The position numbers and the translations under genes are program-made. A stretch of 64,000 nucleotides of DNA. Origin: Takakia lepidozioides. Its lineage: Eukaryota > Plantae > Bryophyta. Shown piece after piece: positions 48,939-63,000 of the stretch. Numbering within the stretch: the stretch's first letter is position 1; every line of letters begins with the position of its first letter. Location of the stretch: contig CM060733.1 in the NCBI GenBank assembly GCA_030704615.1, positions 51,274,001-51,338,000 on the forward strand, in the 5' to 3' direction. Below the pieces are notes generated by a model. That model ran no database searches, was not told the DNA's origin, and was given only the letters and a program-made list of their open reading frames with translations.

Positions 48939-50974
48939 CTCAACCGAGAGAGCTGTGAGCTGCGAATCGCTGCACATGATAAAGAAGGAAGTGCTAAAGG
49001 CGTGATCAGAAACGAACGATGTCCAGCTGCTGAAGTTTAAAATAGCTAACATCTTGAGCAGTGAAGTCTACCGTGCGGAGAAGACTGTCAATGATATCAG
49101 TGAGAGTTGAAGGGCGGTAAAACAAGCAAAACAAGACAAAAGGTGGCACTCACATCAGCGCACCACGCTCCTCCATGCTGCTACCAGGATTTACCCTGAC
49201 CACGTCTACAGGTGCATCCACCACCTCACATTTCCAGATAATCAGCGTCCTACGTACGCACCATTCACATATGTAGGTTACTGCAACCGACTAACAGCAG
49301 CGTCATAATGCAGCCTTCCGTAGGGAAATATTGTTTGGGGCAGAAGCTTACTTTATTTCCGACACTGTCCAGATAGAGTACCGAAAGACGCGCAGAAGAC
49401 CCCTCTCCTGCAACCGGCCAGACATCACCATATATTGTACCACTGCTTGGTTGTAAACTATTTCAGCTCTCATCCGGTCGGAGTCATCACTCACATATAA
49501 CATGAATCTCTGAGAGGCAGTAGCCAAATGTAACCTGCAAAAGAAATACATCGCTCCTGTCATTTTCTCCTAGCCCACACTTGCAGTACGTCTAGTACAC
49601 AACCATGAAGTGTCTCCCATGGGGACACTTCTTGCTGTCGCAAAATTATACCTTGACAAAATCTCGTGTCGTCTCGTGTCGCTCTACTACAACGACACAA
49701 ATGACCTCTCTCCATCAACGCCACAAGATCTGGCTAATGTGGCCTAATCCAGCATTGTCTGGACAATGTATTATGAGATACATAGAGACCACAACCTGAT
49801 TCAAATTCACTTACTAGCGCTGGAATGATGGTGCGAAAAACGAAGAGCGAGAAAGATTTAACAAAATAAGATTCCAAAGTCACAATTAACGTTACATGGA
49901 CAACTGATCCGCTATGTCATGTGTAGGGAAAGAACGTACACGTAATTATATTCAGACTCCTTCGAGTCCTTCAGCTTAGATACCTGCAGGATTGACACTC
50001 ACCCCATCAGTGAAGCATCGCCACAGCTAACATACAGTCCATGGATGTATCTAGGGAAACTATGCAATGAGCACCAGTTTCTAGCATCCGGTTCAATACG
50101 TAGAGGAGCCTGTGTAAGTACCCGGACAACGATGCCTTCGTCGTGTTGGTGCGTGTGAGTGGGATAGGGTTGCGAGCACACGAGTCGCAAGCCGTTCTTA
50201 GTTATGGCCATAGATCTTCCACTCACCTCACTGTGCAATGAGATACAGGTGTGCAACAGTAGGAAAATACAGTGGCAACTCCAATAAAACTGGGAGCATA
50301 CAGACTCTGTGCCACCACGATGAAAACCTGTTCCTCTTGCCCTAAATAATACAAAGGAAATCTTAGAGCAAGGCCTTTAGGTCGTTGTTAGCTAGGTTAA
50401 CAACAATCTCAAAATCCACTTATGTGGTGTGAGAGAAGGTTAAAAGTTAAAAGTTAAAAGTCCATTTTGAGATCGCTCTTTTAACGATAGTTTACATAAA
50501 GCTAAGTCAATCCTAGAACGGACTTATTTTTTCTTCTTTAATCAAAGCTTCTCCAAACATAGAATTGTGATGCTACCAAAACGCGTTAAGGGCGAGATGC
50601 TTCGTCCTCTGCAGAAACGCTTTGATTAGGGGGATGTGGCTCGGCAGACCAGCTTCAAGACGAGGGGGAATCAATCGCAGAGGAGCCGCCAACAAAAGTA
50701 GTGGATGCACGATAAACGCACAGGAACTCTAAGGCACTGTCTCCCTGTCACACTCACTGCCGCATACCGTCTGTCCACACAGCTACCAGTACACAGGAAA
50801 TGAACACCAAAATGCCACCCCCAGTCTGAGGTGTGCAGTCCTTTTAACATCATCCAAGTGTCTGACATGTCATCGCCATCTGCTGCGGCGCTATTGGCTT
50901 AAGGCCAAGTCATCTAATCTACTCCGCAAAAACTGATCAGAATTGGGAGCAGGGAGAGAACGGGCCATCACAGA

Positions 50975-51203
50975 ATGACACTGTGGCCTGGTGGTAGTCG
51001 TGTACTGGCATGCGGGTCTGGGGTTCAAATCCTGTCATCTGTCTTCGGGCTTGGGCTCTGGCTCTGCCAGGCTCCTCTTGGTGGATAGTGGATACCTAGT
51101 CTATATTGTGCATAGTCCTTCTAATAGGGGTAGGTATTGCCTTTGCCGATATTTTAGGCCGCAAGGTCATCACCCCCTAACGCAACCCTAAAAATTAAAA
51201 GAA
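50975..51203 (+). mobile_element. tRNA-derived SINE-like element or tRNA pseudogene
   Basis: A-box TGGCCTGGTGG (about 50983), B-box GGTTCAAATCC (about 51021), pairing ATGACA..TGTCAT, about 150-bp body and A-rich end. No clean cloverleaf. Confidence 0.5.
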
Positions 51204-51358
51204 GTGGAATGGGTCGACTGTAGTGCAAGAAGGTTTATGTTAGGGTTTGGTGGGCTGCATTGTGTTGTCGCCGCGCTACTCTTGTGCTGCTGGAGCTCGG
51301 GAGATCGGATCGTCGTGCCGCTTGCTGCTTCTTGCGCATAGAGGAGACGAGGTCCGTC

Positions 51359-51552
51359 TGCATCTCAAAATGAGGTATGTCTTTTTGGGATTGTATCTGG
51401 TATGCTTGAGAGAGAGAGAGAGAGAGATCTCCTTTGTGGATATACTTTGTGAATGTTCCTGCATCTCAAAATGAGCTATGTCTTTTTGGATTGTATCTGG
51501 TATGCTTGAGAGAGAGAGCTCACCCAGGATATGCTTTGTGAATGTCCTTGCA
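51359..51552. repeat. 101-bp-period tandem duplication of the SmD2 start codon and donor
   Basis: tgcatctcaaaatgagGTatgtc... at 51359 versus tgcatctcaaaatgagCTatgtc... at 51460. Confidence 0.9.
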
Positions 51553-53174
51553 TAGCAACACATCAAAGTGTAAAACAGAAAAGAGCTCTTCAAGGTTTGA
51601 AGAGCTCTCAACTGAAACCCTAAACCAGCAAAGAAAGAGAGAGAGGGAGAGAGAGAGAGGTCTGGGTTATCATTTAGCTTTACTACATATACAGCAGAAA
51701 TATGTGTGATATTGATTGGAAAAGGAGGCAAACATGGTTATGTTAGTCTGACTAACAACGCCGATGATGGTGTTATGTGTGCAGTGGAGCCAGACCAATG
51801 GAGGAGGATACGGTTAGCTCCCAGTCCTTCTTCTTTTATTTATCCTGGCTTCTGACCTGTCATTTGAGTGAATGTTTGTGCATGCGTTGCCAATGCCAAG
51901 TAGGAGTGGAGAGTTGCAAGATAGTACTTCATTACCGTTTCTATCTGCGGTTTTGCCCAACTTCCAGCAAAGAGTTTGGCTGGTTTGGTTTATTAATGGA
52001 GCAGTTGGCACTTACAAAAGATATATATGATGTCAATAAACTGGCAGAGAAACAGATAAAAAATATTTCGAATCAATACATATGCCTGCATAGTCGCTTA
52101 CTTCTTATATTTACATATGAGGCTTGCTGCATCTTGCTGACAAGGGAGGGCATATTCGTGAGGCAGTTTGTTGGGAAAATAAGAGGGAGGAATGTTGGTG
52201 AACTAGAAGCAGTTAGTAATGCAGTAGCAACAAAGCCTAGGGGCTCTATGACGGGAGGGTGCATAAAGTAGATGACTTAGAATGCACTCTTCTAAAACAT
52301 GTGTGCAGAGTCATGTCTCTTGGTGAAGGGAGTGTGGGGAATGGTGCTGAGTGATTGTCTGGTGTTTGTACAGGAGAAGACGGAGGAGGAAGAATTCTCC
52401 ACTGGACCCCTCTCTGTGTTAACCATGTCTGTGAAGAACAACACTCAGGTATTTGCTGTCACTCATCCCAGTTTAGACATTTTTATACAGTGCAAGTCAA
52501 GACAGAAATAATCTCAATGGAAGATGCACTCATAAGACTTTGTACGTGTTAGCCTTGTGGCCATGTATATACTGTGCCCAGTTGGCACCACAACAGAGGC
52601 AACGTGGGAGATGACCTGGAAATGATATTGGGCATGAAGAGTCATGGTGTAGCAGACTAATTACTTGCAACCTTGATTTGTTGACAACCTATACGCCGGA
52701 TGCAGAGTTCAACAGGTGCCAACTGATCCTCTGTTTGTTTTGCCAGGTGTTGATAAATTGCAGGAACAATAAGAAATTGCTAGGCCGCGTGAAGGCTTTT
52801 GATCGCCATTGCAACATGGTTCTTGAGAATTGCAAAGAAATGTGGACTGAGGTTTGTGGCTTTCTTTGCGTTTACCATGTGGTTGCCATGGGCATGTCCT
52901 GATGTGGTCTGTCAACCTGTGCTACAGTGAATCCTTTCAGTTTAGTGTCCATGGACCTCCATTGATGGTGTTGCAAGCTTTCTTTGTGAGGAGAGATCCA
53001 TTTTTCAATTGTTCTACTCATTGCTTACAATTTTTGGGCTGGAATGTCTGGAGGCAGGTGCCGAAAACTGGAAAGGGCAAGAAGAAGGCAAAGCCAGTTA
53101 ATAAGGATCGCTTCATCAGCAAGATGTTTTTGCGTGGTGATTCTGTTATCATTGTACTCAGAAATCCAAAGTGA
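51370..53174 (+). CDS. SmD2: Small nuclear ribonucleoprotein Sm D2, 5 exons
   Basis: ATGAG|GT 51370; [10 protein letters not shown]; [22 protein letters not shown]; [35 protein letters not shown]; [38 protein letters not shown]. Confidence 0.95.
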
Positions 53175-55023
53175 CCATCTCCCGTGCAGCTATGTCCTGC
53201 TCTCCATTGTCAAATAGACCAGATATGGAAAACACTTCAGGATCTCTTCTCTTTCAAATTAGATTGACAGATGTGCATGTTTGACAGGGTTAGGGTCTGT
53301 TTACTTACCCAAATACCAGCAGTCACAGACATGTTGCCAGATTTTGTATGTCAATGTACCAGTATGAGGTCTGCACTGGGAGGCTGGCATCATGTGTACG
53401 CTCTGAATGTGTGACGTGATCCTAGCTTGCCTGGAGGGAGCATGGAGACAGTTTCAAGTGATTTTTCTGTTTTGTTGTACACAGAATGTGGGTCTTTAAT
53501 CTGTAATTGGAGTTCCTTGAGTTTCATCACACACGTTGGCAAGGAAACAGTTGAACAGAACATTGATATGATGTTATTGTGATTATAGTCATCTGAAGTT
53601 GATCCCAGCATTGCTGCCGCGTCAGTTGCTGAGCCATTATTGTCACATAAACCTGGATGAATATGCCATTGTTGGCACCCTGCTATTGCAGTGACACCGT
53701 CGCCGGGACAAGGAAGATTCGCCGAGTGGAAGTTGGTTGAATGTGGACTCAACTATTTAGTCCATGTCCGATCTTTATCACTCTTTACTATTGTGGTAAA
53801 TCGGCACTACTGTCTCTCACAATATGATTTACTGATATCTGGATCCTGTCAGCAATGCTGTTAAGTGGAAAGGACCAAAGCTGAGATTGTTTTGGAACAT
53901 GCTTGGAGAGACCTCGCTGTACACAAATTGCAGGGTGAAATGTGCCCCAGTGAGGGCCTTTTGCCAGGCATAACTCATGCAACTAAAACAGGCTAGCCCA
54001 AGCTGCTCTGCTTTGCTGCATTCAGATCTATGCCACAACAATCACCATTGTGGATCTGGGAGAGTAGCTGACTGCAAGCATCGTCTGAAAATAAGTGAAC
54101 AGCACTGTGCCAGTAATTCTGAAGCTGAAGCAGTTGTTGATGTCAGAGTATGTCCAGCCAGATTTAGGGTTACAGACGATTGTCAAGCACAAGCTTTTGA
54201 GTGTTTGTAACTGATCAAAGACAGTCGAGTGAGAGCATGTTGCTTCCCTATGCATTCAGTCTTGCTGTAGGTTCTCTTTTCTTCCTTCTCCATACCTGTG
54301 AGTCTATGTTGCAACGTGTGTGTCCCCTCTTGCTGCAATTGAGACCCTGTCAAACTTCATCAATGGGCCTACTGAAATAGCTCTGCGGTTTACAGTTACA
54401 TTGGTGATTTGGTGGTGTTGTTGAAACTGAATGCAACAGAACTGTCACACCTATGTACACTCTAGCTTGTCCAGTAACCCTTGTCCTGGATCTCCACCCT
54501 TGTCTGGCCCCTTCTCCTCACCCTCACCAAAGTGCGCAGTAACCAACCCTAGTGACAAGGTCTGGAGTCTGGACGTTTCACTCCATATTGTTCACTGCAC
54601 AATTTATCTTTGATTCTCGTCCGGCAGTTTAGAAAACAACACCAATGGAACTGCAAACAGACAGTGTAGTATGCAACGCTCATTAAAATGCGTGCCCGAC
54701 CTGATGGTGGATGAAGCCAGATTCTGCTCAATTGAACTCGGCAAAGATTGTCTGATGGGGCAGATGCTGATGAGGCATGGTCAGGAATCTTCAGGTGCCA
54801 TTCTCTGTGCTCAAGCTTTGTTGCTTTGAAGGGATGTGCGACTGAGAAGCATTTGGAAGTCGTGTGGAGATACTATTGCTCAAATTGCAACAGGTAGTCT
54901 CTGATGAAAGAGGTTGACGAAAGCCAGTGACAATTCCATTGTCTTGTTATTAGTGCAGCTCTTCCCTCTGGACTCATCTCCTTGGGCATGCGGGTCAGCT
55001 AACTTTGTCTTCAAGATCAGGAC

Positions 55024-56311
55024 ATGGACCTTGCGAAGTCAGTGTTTTTTCCTCATACAGCCGCAGGCAACGAACGTCTGATGCCATATGACTGGCATAG
55101 TTCTACCTTCCAGTTCTCTGCTAAATTACCAAAGCGAGGCCTGAATTTCAACGACAGTATACTGAGTACAACAAGAATTTCGCAGAAAGGCGCGTCATTA
55201 GTAAAGGCATCTCAACACAAGAGCTGGGAGATTGACAAAGGAGAGCAGTTGATGGAGGATCCGTATGGTCACGTGGAAGACGTGATGAGCTTGCATGTCG
55301 TCACGACCCATGCCAATGCCCCTTTGAGAGACGTGATTCCCCATTTCGAGCACTTCACTGGCCTGCCTGTGGTTGATGAACATGACCACTGCATTGGCCT
55401 TCTCTCTGACAAGGTTAGTGCTAGTGACTCGTTTCAGTTTCCGGAATTGTTTTGCACTATCCGAATGAATGCCATCAGGGTGGGTTGTCCCTAGTGGGCT
55501 TTTGCGAAAAAGGAGAGAGAATGTACTCATGAGAGAGAGAACTTCCTCTGTTATCAGGATGGATAGGGATGTTCATACATCTGTCTGCAGAGGGATGCGA
55601 CCATACTGACCGGTGGAGCGTCAGCAGTAAGCATGAGTTCAGTTCACTTATCTCTTTTGGAAATTTGACATCTGGAGCTGCCCTGTGCAGGATGTTGCAA
55701 AATATGGACTCGCAATTGGAGATGTACACGGGAGGTATATCAATGTCAGATCTGCTTGCTCTAACAGTTACAAGCCCAAGATTATTTGCACTAGAATAAA
55801 CTTAAAAGGAATCAAAGAAGCTTTCATGAAGTGAAGAAAAAATGGTCTCTGCCTGAGGCCACTCTGGGTAGGCTTTGGAAAGGAGGGACTAACCGGTGAC
55901 TATCTGGGTGGAGGGGGAAGTGAATGCAATGACGAGTCCAGCAGTTGTCATTCAACACGCACTTATCGCATATGCAGCTGGCTTGATGCTCCAACACAAG
56001 GTATCTTGTTTAATCTTAAAATACTTCATCTTCATTGTACCTTGTCTTTCTTAACTTCAGGGTCTGAATTGACTAAGGTCATTGCTTGTGCTAATGCTTC
56101 ATGGTTTCAGTGACAAGATATACAGCCCAGTTATATCACCTCATTTCGAGCTTTCAACGAGGCTGAAATAGAACCTGGATATGATCTGGTGCAGGTACAT
56201 CGTCTGCCTGTTGTGGATAGAGAAGGACGGGTTGTTGGGATTGTAAGCAGGACGGACATCTACTATCCACTCATGCCTGATGTCAATCCTGTGCTCCGTA
56301 AAGGCCAGTAG
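55024..56311 (+). CDS. CBS-domain-only protein (CBSX-like), probably organelle-targeted; middle exon boundaries uncertain
   Basis: VEDVMSLHVVT..HFTGLPVVDEHDHCIGLLSDK|D; MTSPAVVI..AAGLMLQHK|VHRLPVVDREGRVVGIVSRTDI; stop 56309-56311. Confidence 0.8.
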
Positions 56312-57070
56312 GGAGGATCATGACAGCTTCAGGCACATTGCTTATGCCTTTAGAGATGACTGACCACACATGTTTGCATTCCCACACCTGCTTCAGTTTT
56401 GAAAAGCAAAACCATGGGATTTACAATTCTGTAAATTCCCCTCAAGTAGGCTGTTCTTTTTCACTGAGGGATTGTCTCATAAGAGCATAACCTTCACTAT
56501 TGTGGAATGTTGAACAAATGCTTAATCTCTGTAGCAGCAAACAATAAGGACCATATCTGCAACAAATTCTACTTACCAATCTGCATAAGCCAAAAGTTCT
56601 CCAGTCACAAGAAGTTTGGGCTGCATTAGCCCTTTGTATTTTAACCTAATAGAACCTGATGTGGGCAATGGAGACACATTTACGCATAAGCAACAAAACC
56701 AGCATACCTCCATATGCATTCCTTCTTGACTGCCAGTTAGAATGACTATTTCCACGTACACATCCAGTAAATGGCCCACTTGTTAGACGAAAGGGAGCCT
56801 TGCAAGTGCGCGTGAGAAGACCACAGATGCATTATTCACCCACACATTATAACTCACCAACCTTAAAGGCAAGGCAACTGAGTAAACTGCTCACTTATGT
56901 TGCAGTTACTACAGGGATTTTGAGGCCATATGAGAAAAATTGTGTTACTGTTCCGGTTACTTCCGTTAGAACAGAAGGCAGTCACCTACGGGGTGAAGAG
57001 ACTCCATAATTTGTCCGTATCCAGCATTTTGTTGCACAACAACAACAAAGTGAACCCGAGTTCAACTGCA

Positions 57071-60000
57071 CTATTGGCTAGCCCTTTTTACTCGAGGGTT
57101 TTTTCCCCTTCTTCTGGGATTGTTTCAATTTGGTGAGGCCAGGAGCTGTCACTTTGACATTACCAATCATGCATGCAGCAAGCTCTGGATCAGTGATAGC
57201 TTTCATCAGCTCCTTCTCCCGAGCTGCCACCTCTTGCATGTGACTGAACACATTCAATGCTGTCTTGGCCGCTGCAATTTACATCACAACAAACAAACAC
57301 AACCAGATTCAGCACATTATTTATTTTGTGGTACCCTTACCTACACCTGAAGCTTGAAGGTGAAGTCTTACAGGGATTATAATAGTCCACAGTCCACACA
57401 ATCGGGAACAGCATTTTTAAGTAGGAGGCTTAAGCCTCACACACTTGAATATTGTGCAACTTAAAACCCTTGAGCATATGTCTACGCACCTTTACCCTTT
57501 TTAGCCGCACCAGGAGTGAGCTTGACACGATACTTGTAGCCTTGCAATGCTGGATACGGACCACAGACTGGCACAGCATATAGTAAGACATCACTCACAG
57601 TCGGACATCCTGTAAGTGAGTCCAGCTCTGTCAACTTCTCACGCTCATCTTCTCCCAACTCAACAACATTCTCTTCTGCCAAAAGGGCTGCAATCTCTGT
57701 CTCTGCTGCCTTGGCACGAGCCCTTCTGCTCAGTCCATCGGTAACCTTGCCTCTCTCCTTGGTCACTGCAAAGTGGTCGCCAGCTTCTAACTGTTCTTCT
57801 GGAGGACCTGTACAGTCAGTCAACTGCATCAGACGCATTCCGCACGCAAACCACAGATGCGGGAGACCTCAGAAACAATGGATTTATGCTCTAAAGATGT
57901 GTTCCTTGTAGACAGGATCTCACGTCTGAGTCCAGTGCATTTCCAACAGGATGAGCATGATGTCATCATGAAAAACCATGCAGCCCTCAGTACATGTTCG
58001 CACAATGATCAGGTCACTGCCACATTCGAAGGAGGAGCAGACATATTGACATTCTGCAGGCCTCATGGAAGAAGCCAATTTCCTGGGTGCATTGCCTTTT
58101 CATTATTGTAACATGGCACTGTCAGTATCATCTACTTTCTTTTGGAACATGCCAAACAAACACTCTCATGAGCTCAGTTTATCAAATCGCACAATACCTT
58201 CGTCCTGTTCTTGGAGTGCATATGAAGCGTTGTCATCCTGTGGGGCAGTGTTGCCGTTCCTGCTGGTGCTAGTAGGCTCCATACTCATGGTTGGACAGTC
58301 ACGAGCAAGGTGCCCTACCTTTTTGCACTTGTAGCACACCTTTCCACCCAACTGTGTCTCATCCCCTGCAATAGCACGAGCTCTCAGTTGATCAACAATC
58401 AAGAGAAGTGACAAGATGTGACTAAAGCTACTTCGCAGTACTACTCAACTTAAACAGGGGCACACCGGCAGGCGCACTCCTCAATAGCACCTTCCACCAG
58501 GAACAGATAATGGGTCCATACCCACTTGCATTGTATCCACCACAAAGTTGTGTTCTTAAGCACCATTCTGAAGTCTAAGGGTGGAGAGGGTCACGAACCA
58601 GCTACAGCCTTAGTGGAAGACAGAAAGGAGGATGCCATATCCTGTTTGCCAGTGCTGCCTTTGATGTCTTTTTCACTGGTTCCTGGAACCATGGCCTTCC
58701 TTCCTGCTGACTGTCAACACACCTGTGTCAGCCTGCTGACTGCTATATTTCTACGACTCCTCCTTCCACTTCCCATGATAAACTTGAAGAAGACAAAAAG
58801 GGGACATTTTCAAACAAAATATACTCACACTTTACCTTGCTGAGTAAAGCTGCCTCAAAGAACAGATATAGTATGTGAGAAGACGAAGAAAGTTTATTAC
58901 ATGGAACCCTGGAGGGCCTATGGATTTCCCAGCCCAATATAAACGTTAAGCCCACAGCTCCATCAACTGCCTTTAATAACAAATGAAGGTAAATAGATCT
59001 AAAAGTGTGTAGATAGTTCCAGCTTATGCATGAGAAGGGAACTTACTGCCAGCAGGGACATGCGAAACTCACGCTCATCTTCATCCTGTTCTGCATACTT
59101 CTCCTTGATCTTCTTCAACTTGCCTTTACGGCCACGTCCAATCTTCCCACCCACCACGGTTGGTTCAAGTGTCTTATCATCCCTGCCACTAGCAGAGGCT
59201 TCTCTGGAGTCACATTCCTCCTCTTTTTCCTGTTCTTGTTCAATTCCCACAGTTTCGTCTGGTGTAGAGTCTATCCCAGACTTTCCTCCCTTCTTCAGTT
59301 TTCTCCTTTCCGCCTTGGACAAATAGGGCCTTTCTCTCTGTGCAGCCTTTAAAGGCAGCACTTCAGCCATTTCAGACTCTTCAGTTTCAGTGGGCAATGC
59401 ATCAAGACCATACTTACTGCTGCTTCCGCTTCGATGGGGTATAGACCGCAGTTCCAGTGCACGATCCAGTAGTGCATTCAGCCCCGAAAAATCCTCTCTG
59501 CTTTCCACATTCTCACTTCCTTCTTCCTCTTCCTCTTTCTCAGCTTCTTGCTTTTCAATACCCTTGGTGTCCTCTGTCCCACTAGCTACATCAGCCTCTA
59601 GAGGTCCATTTCTTATGAAATCTGCATGCATCACACTCATAGCAATATCATCCCCCTCATTGATCCCATCCCCTGTGGTGGAAGGCCTCTCTGACAATAC
59701 AAGCTCTTCCGCATCTGTGTCTGAGCTAGCTGCCTCCTCCATCTGCGCCAGACTCTCAGCACTAACCCCTGATTCTTCCTGGCCATCCGTGGCACCGTGG
59801 TGGTCATCATCTTCCCCTTCTCCCCTAACTCGTCGTTCATTAAGGTGAGAAGCTATGGAGCTCTCATCCAGCCGAAACAGAAGGGCAAACCCCATAACCA
59901 AAGGGTTTGGAGGCAAGAAATTCTTCTTGCCCCTAACCATGAAACTGCCCACAGTGAGGTACTCACCAGTGGGTGCAGTCTTGCTCACTTGATGGGCTTC

Positions 60001-63000
60001 CACCCACCAGGCACTTGTCACAATCTTACTGTCCCATGCTTGACTCCTGCATACCTGGGGAGCCCCAATATACCCACAGACACTAGCATTGTCATGCACA
60101 CTTGTACCCAGGCATATAATAGCACTGCAACCATAATAGGTTTCATCTGGAACCGGTTGCTGTCACATAGGGGACATATAATCCAAGCATCTTCTCATCC
60201 CTGTAGAATGCAGATATGTGCACATGACTCAATGCTGCAGTGGCTTAATCGCATTCATAGGAGATCACATACAGTGCAGTGGAAATATTAGAGGGAGAAA
60301 GAGTACAGGAGGATAAAGAAACAGATATACGGAGAGGAGGGGAGAGAGGACAAACGAATGATGTAGGAAATTTGACATGGACGTACAGTGAAACAGCCAG
60401 CCTGATTGATGGTAAGAGGCGGTATAGGACGCCCAGGGTCAAGATTTTTAATCACGGTGCTTGAAGCGCCGTGCATATCTGCATGCACATACCTTTGTAC
60501 CCATAGCCCCAGCCTGTCTCAGTACCCTTTCAGTATATATAAATAGGTGCTATCAAAGCCCAATATATGCCTCTGTTTAAACAGCACATCTAAGAGTTTA
60601 TGATGCTCAAGTACAGGACATACAGGTCACCCTTTTTCATGTAGCGCTTCACCACAAGCTCATTCTGTTGCGCATCGCGGCCACTGACCACCAAATAATT
60701 CTCGCTGCTGATGAACCAGTTAAACTTTTCAAACCAGTGAACCTTACGTAGATGTGATATTGCTGCCACACTCTTTGCCTGGCCAACCATCCAGAGGGTT
60801 TGGAGTTAATTTCCATGACGGTGGTTTGAATTCCAGGAAGAATGAGGCAGTAAATGTATAAACACTGCTATCTGCACTCACTTCTGTTGGAAAAGTAGCA
60901 TTAAAACTAAAAAGTGCACAAGGACAAACATGACCATCAATCGCCAAAGCACTGTGAAGTTCACAGATGGAATAAATTGAAACCAAACTGTTCTGGCAGT
61001 TTACCTGATTGGCGAAATGACACGATCCAACCTAAGGCGACCAGATGCTCTGAGGATTCTGTTAATGTGACTGACTTAACTATAACGAGATCATGGAGAA
61101 ACCCTCCCCCCAAAAAATGTTGAGAGAACACCTCCAGTTTTCACAATCTTTTCAATAGTATGTGCACAAGGTCAGAGCAAGTATTGAATCAACTAGCAAA
61201 ACACAATCCATACAAGGTCCACTTTTTCTACCTGGGCCAGCTGTTGCTGAGTCTTCTTCTCAGCTGCCTTGAATGCCTTTACATGTGCAGCTACTGTCTT
61301 ATCTTGTTTGGTGGCATGCCGCTTCTTCAGCTCAAACCAGCGCCGTGCGTTAGCATGTGCTGACTGGGCTAGATCCACCTCCACCTGTCCATAGCAGGTC
61401 CTAACATGTTTACACTAGCAGCTGATTCATCTGTGCAGTTCCAAACAGTTGAGTCCTAGTGTTGTGATCGACTGTGATTCTAAAGAAAGCTGTCTTGTAG
61501 CTGATGGCTACTGGTCAAGAAAAAATTCATTCACAAATTTAGTAGAGCTCTGCCACCTTTTGTACCGGCCTGCACGGCTGCATTTTTCATGGTCAACAGC
61601 TGCAAGGGATCAACCACAGGTACTAATCATCTTTACTTCTAATAGAAAATATCTGATTCCCACTACTCCACCATGCTATCAGGTGACCCACTTGCACACC
61701 TTCCAGAATCCATCATGAAATGGGAAAACCTCAGAGGTGTTATACAGTCGGATTGCGATGGTGCAAATGCATGTAGCCTTGTACACCTCAACAATAGCAT
61801 TGTCTAATGAACTCTTCCAGACAAGCACTGGGGTATTCCTCTGAGAATCCCTCATTTCATGAGTGCTAGGGCACTGCCAACAACAGAGCACTCATCGGAG
61901 GATGGATACAGCTAACAAACAGAAATATGGGGCCTCATGGATTGGGCCTCCAATCCTCACATGATCTGAAGGGAAATGGAGGTATAATAGTATACCTACT
62001 TTGTTGACAGGTTGTGTCCTCTCAGAATCATCCATGTCATCAAGGTTGTTGCTAAGAAGGAGAGTGATCTGATTCTTCTCAAGTTGCATGCCATGAATGA
62101 GCCCAGCCACAGGATTGCCTGCTTTCTTCTCCTCTTTCACCATGCGTGCCAGGTCTTTCCAATCCATGCCGCTTGCCAATGCTGTTCGCACCGCCATGAT
62201 TGCAGCATCCACATCATCAAGGTTGTACTCTATTAGTTCCGCCATGTGAACTGACTGGTCAACTTCTTTTTTGAGTACCTCCACCCGGTTTGTCTGCACC
62301 AACATCATTCCAATACTGCTTCAGTATTCATGATTTCCCTAACATGCTCCCTAATCATTCCCAAAAGAGGTCATTGCAAGACCAAGAGTAATCAAACTAA
62401 ATGCTGCAACCTTGAAAAGAACGGAGTGTTTGACATTGCTTGAGAGTTTAATGTGTAAGACAATTGTGGAACATTTTAGGGCAACATCATGTGTGTTTGT
62501 TGGGCTGGGGGGAAAGAGAGACGTACAGAAAAAGAGTTGTACTCCTCGGACGTTGGTTGCCATAGCCTTATAAACCCCAACGCCCGCTTACTAAAGCTAG
62601 GCCATAGGGGTGGGGCAGGAGGGGGCAACTACAATTTTGGAAGGCTTAATCTATAGTAGGAACTAACCCTTAAATATAAAGCTTGTTTTTGCCTTGTAAG
62701 CTCTTAACTAATGAATTTAATGTTAGACACGAGAACTCAGGCCCAAAGAGGGCCACTACTTTTGCCTTTGCTTTCAGCTTCTCAAACTGAGTAAAAGGAG
62801 AAGCAGTGACAGTCGGTTTGATGCTTTGAAAGAGGGCTTCTTGTTGACCAAGTTTACAACGCATCAGAAAATGAAAATATTCAGGTGAAAATGAAAATGT
62901 TCACTGAAAATATTCATTTTCATTGAAAGAGGGCTTTTCACTTTCACCAGGACATCAGAAATTTTTGCTACCCTCACCACCATGCCAACAGATGAGATAT

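Noticed and set aside
59390-59848. Ser-rich plus-strand ORFs
   Set aside because: Antisense to the Glu-rich NEMF exon.
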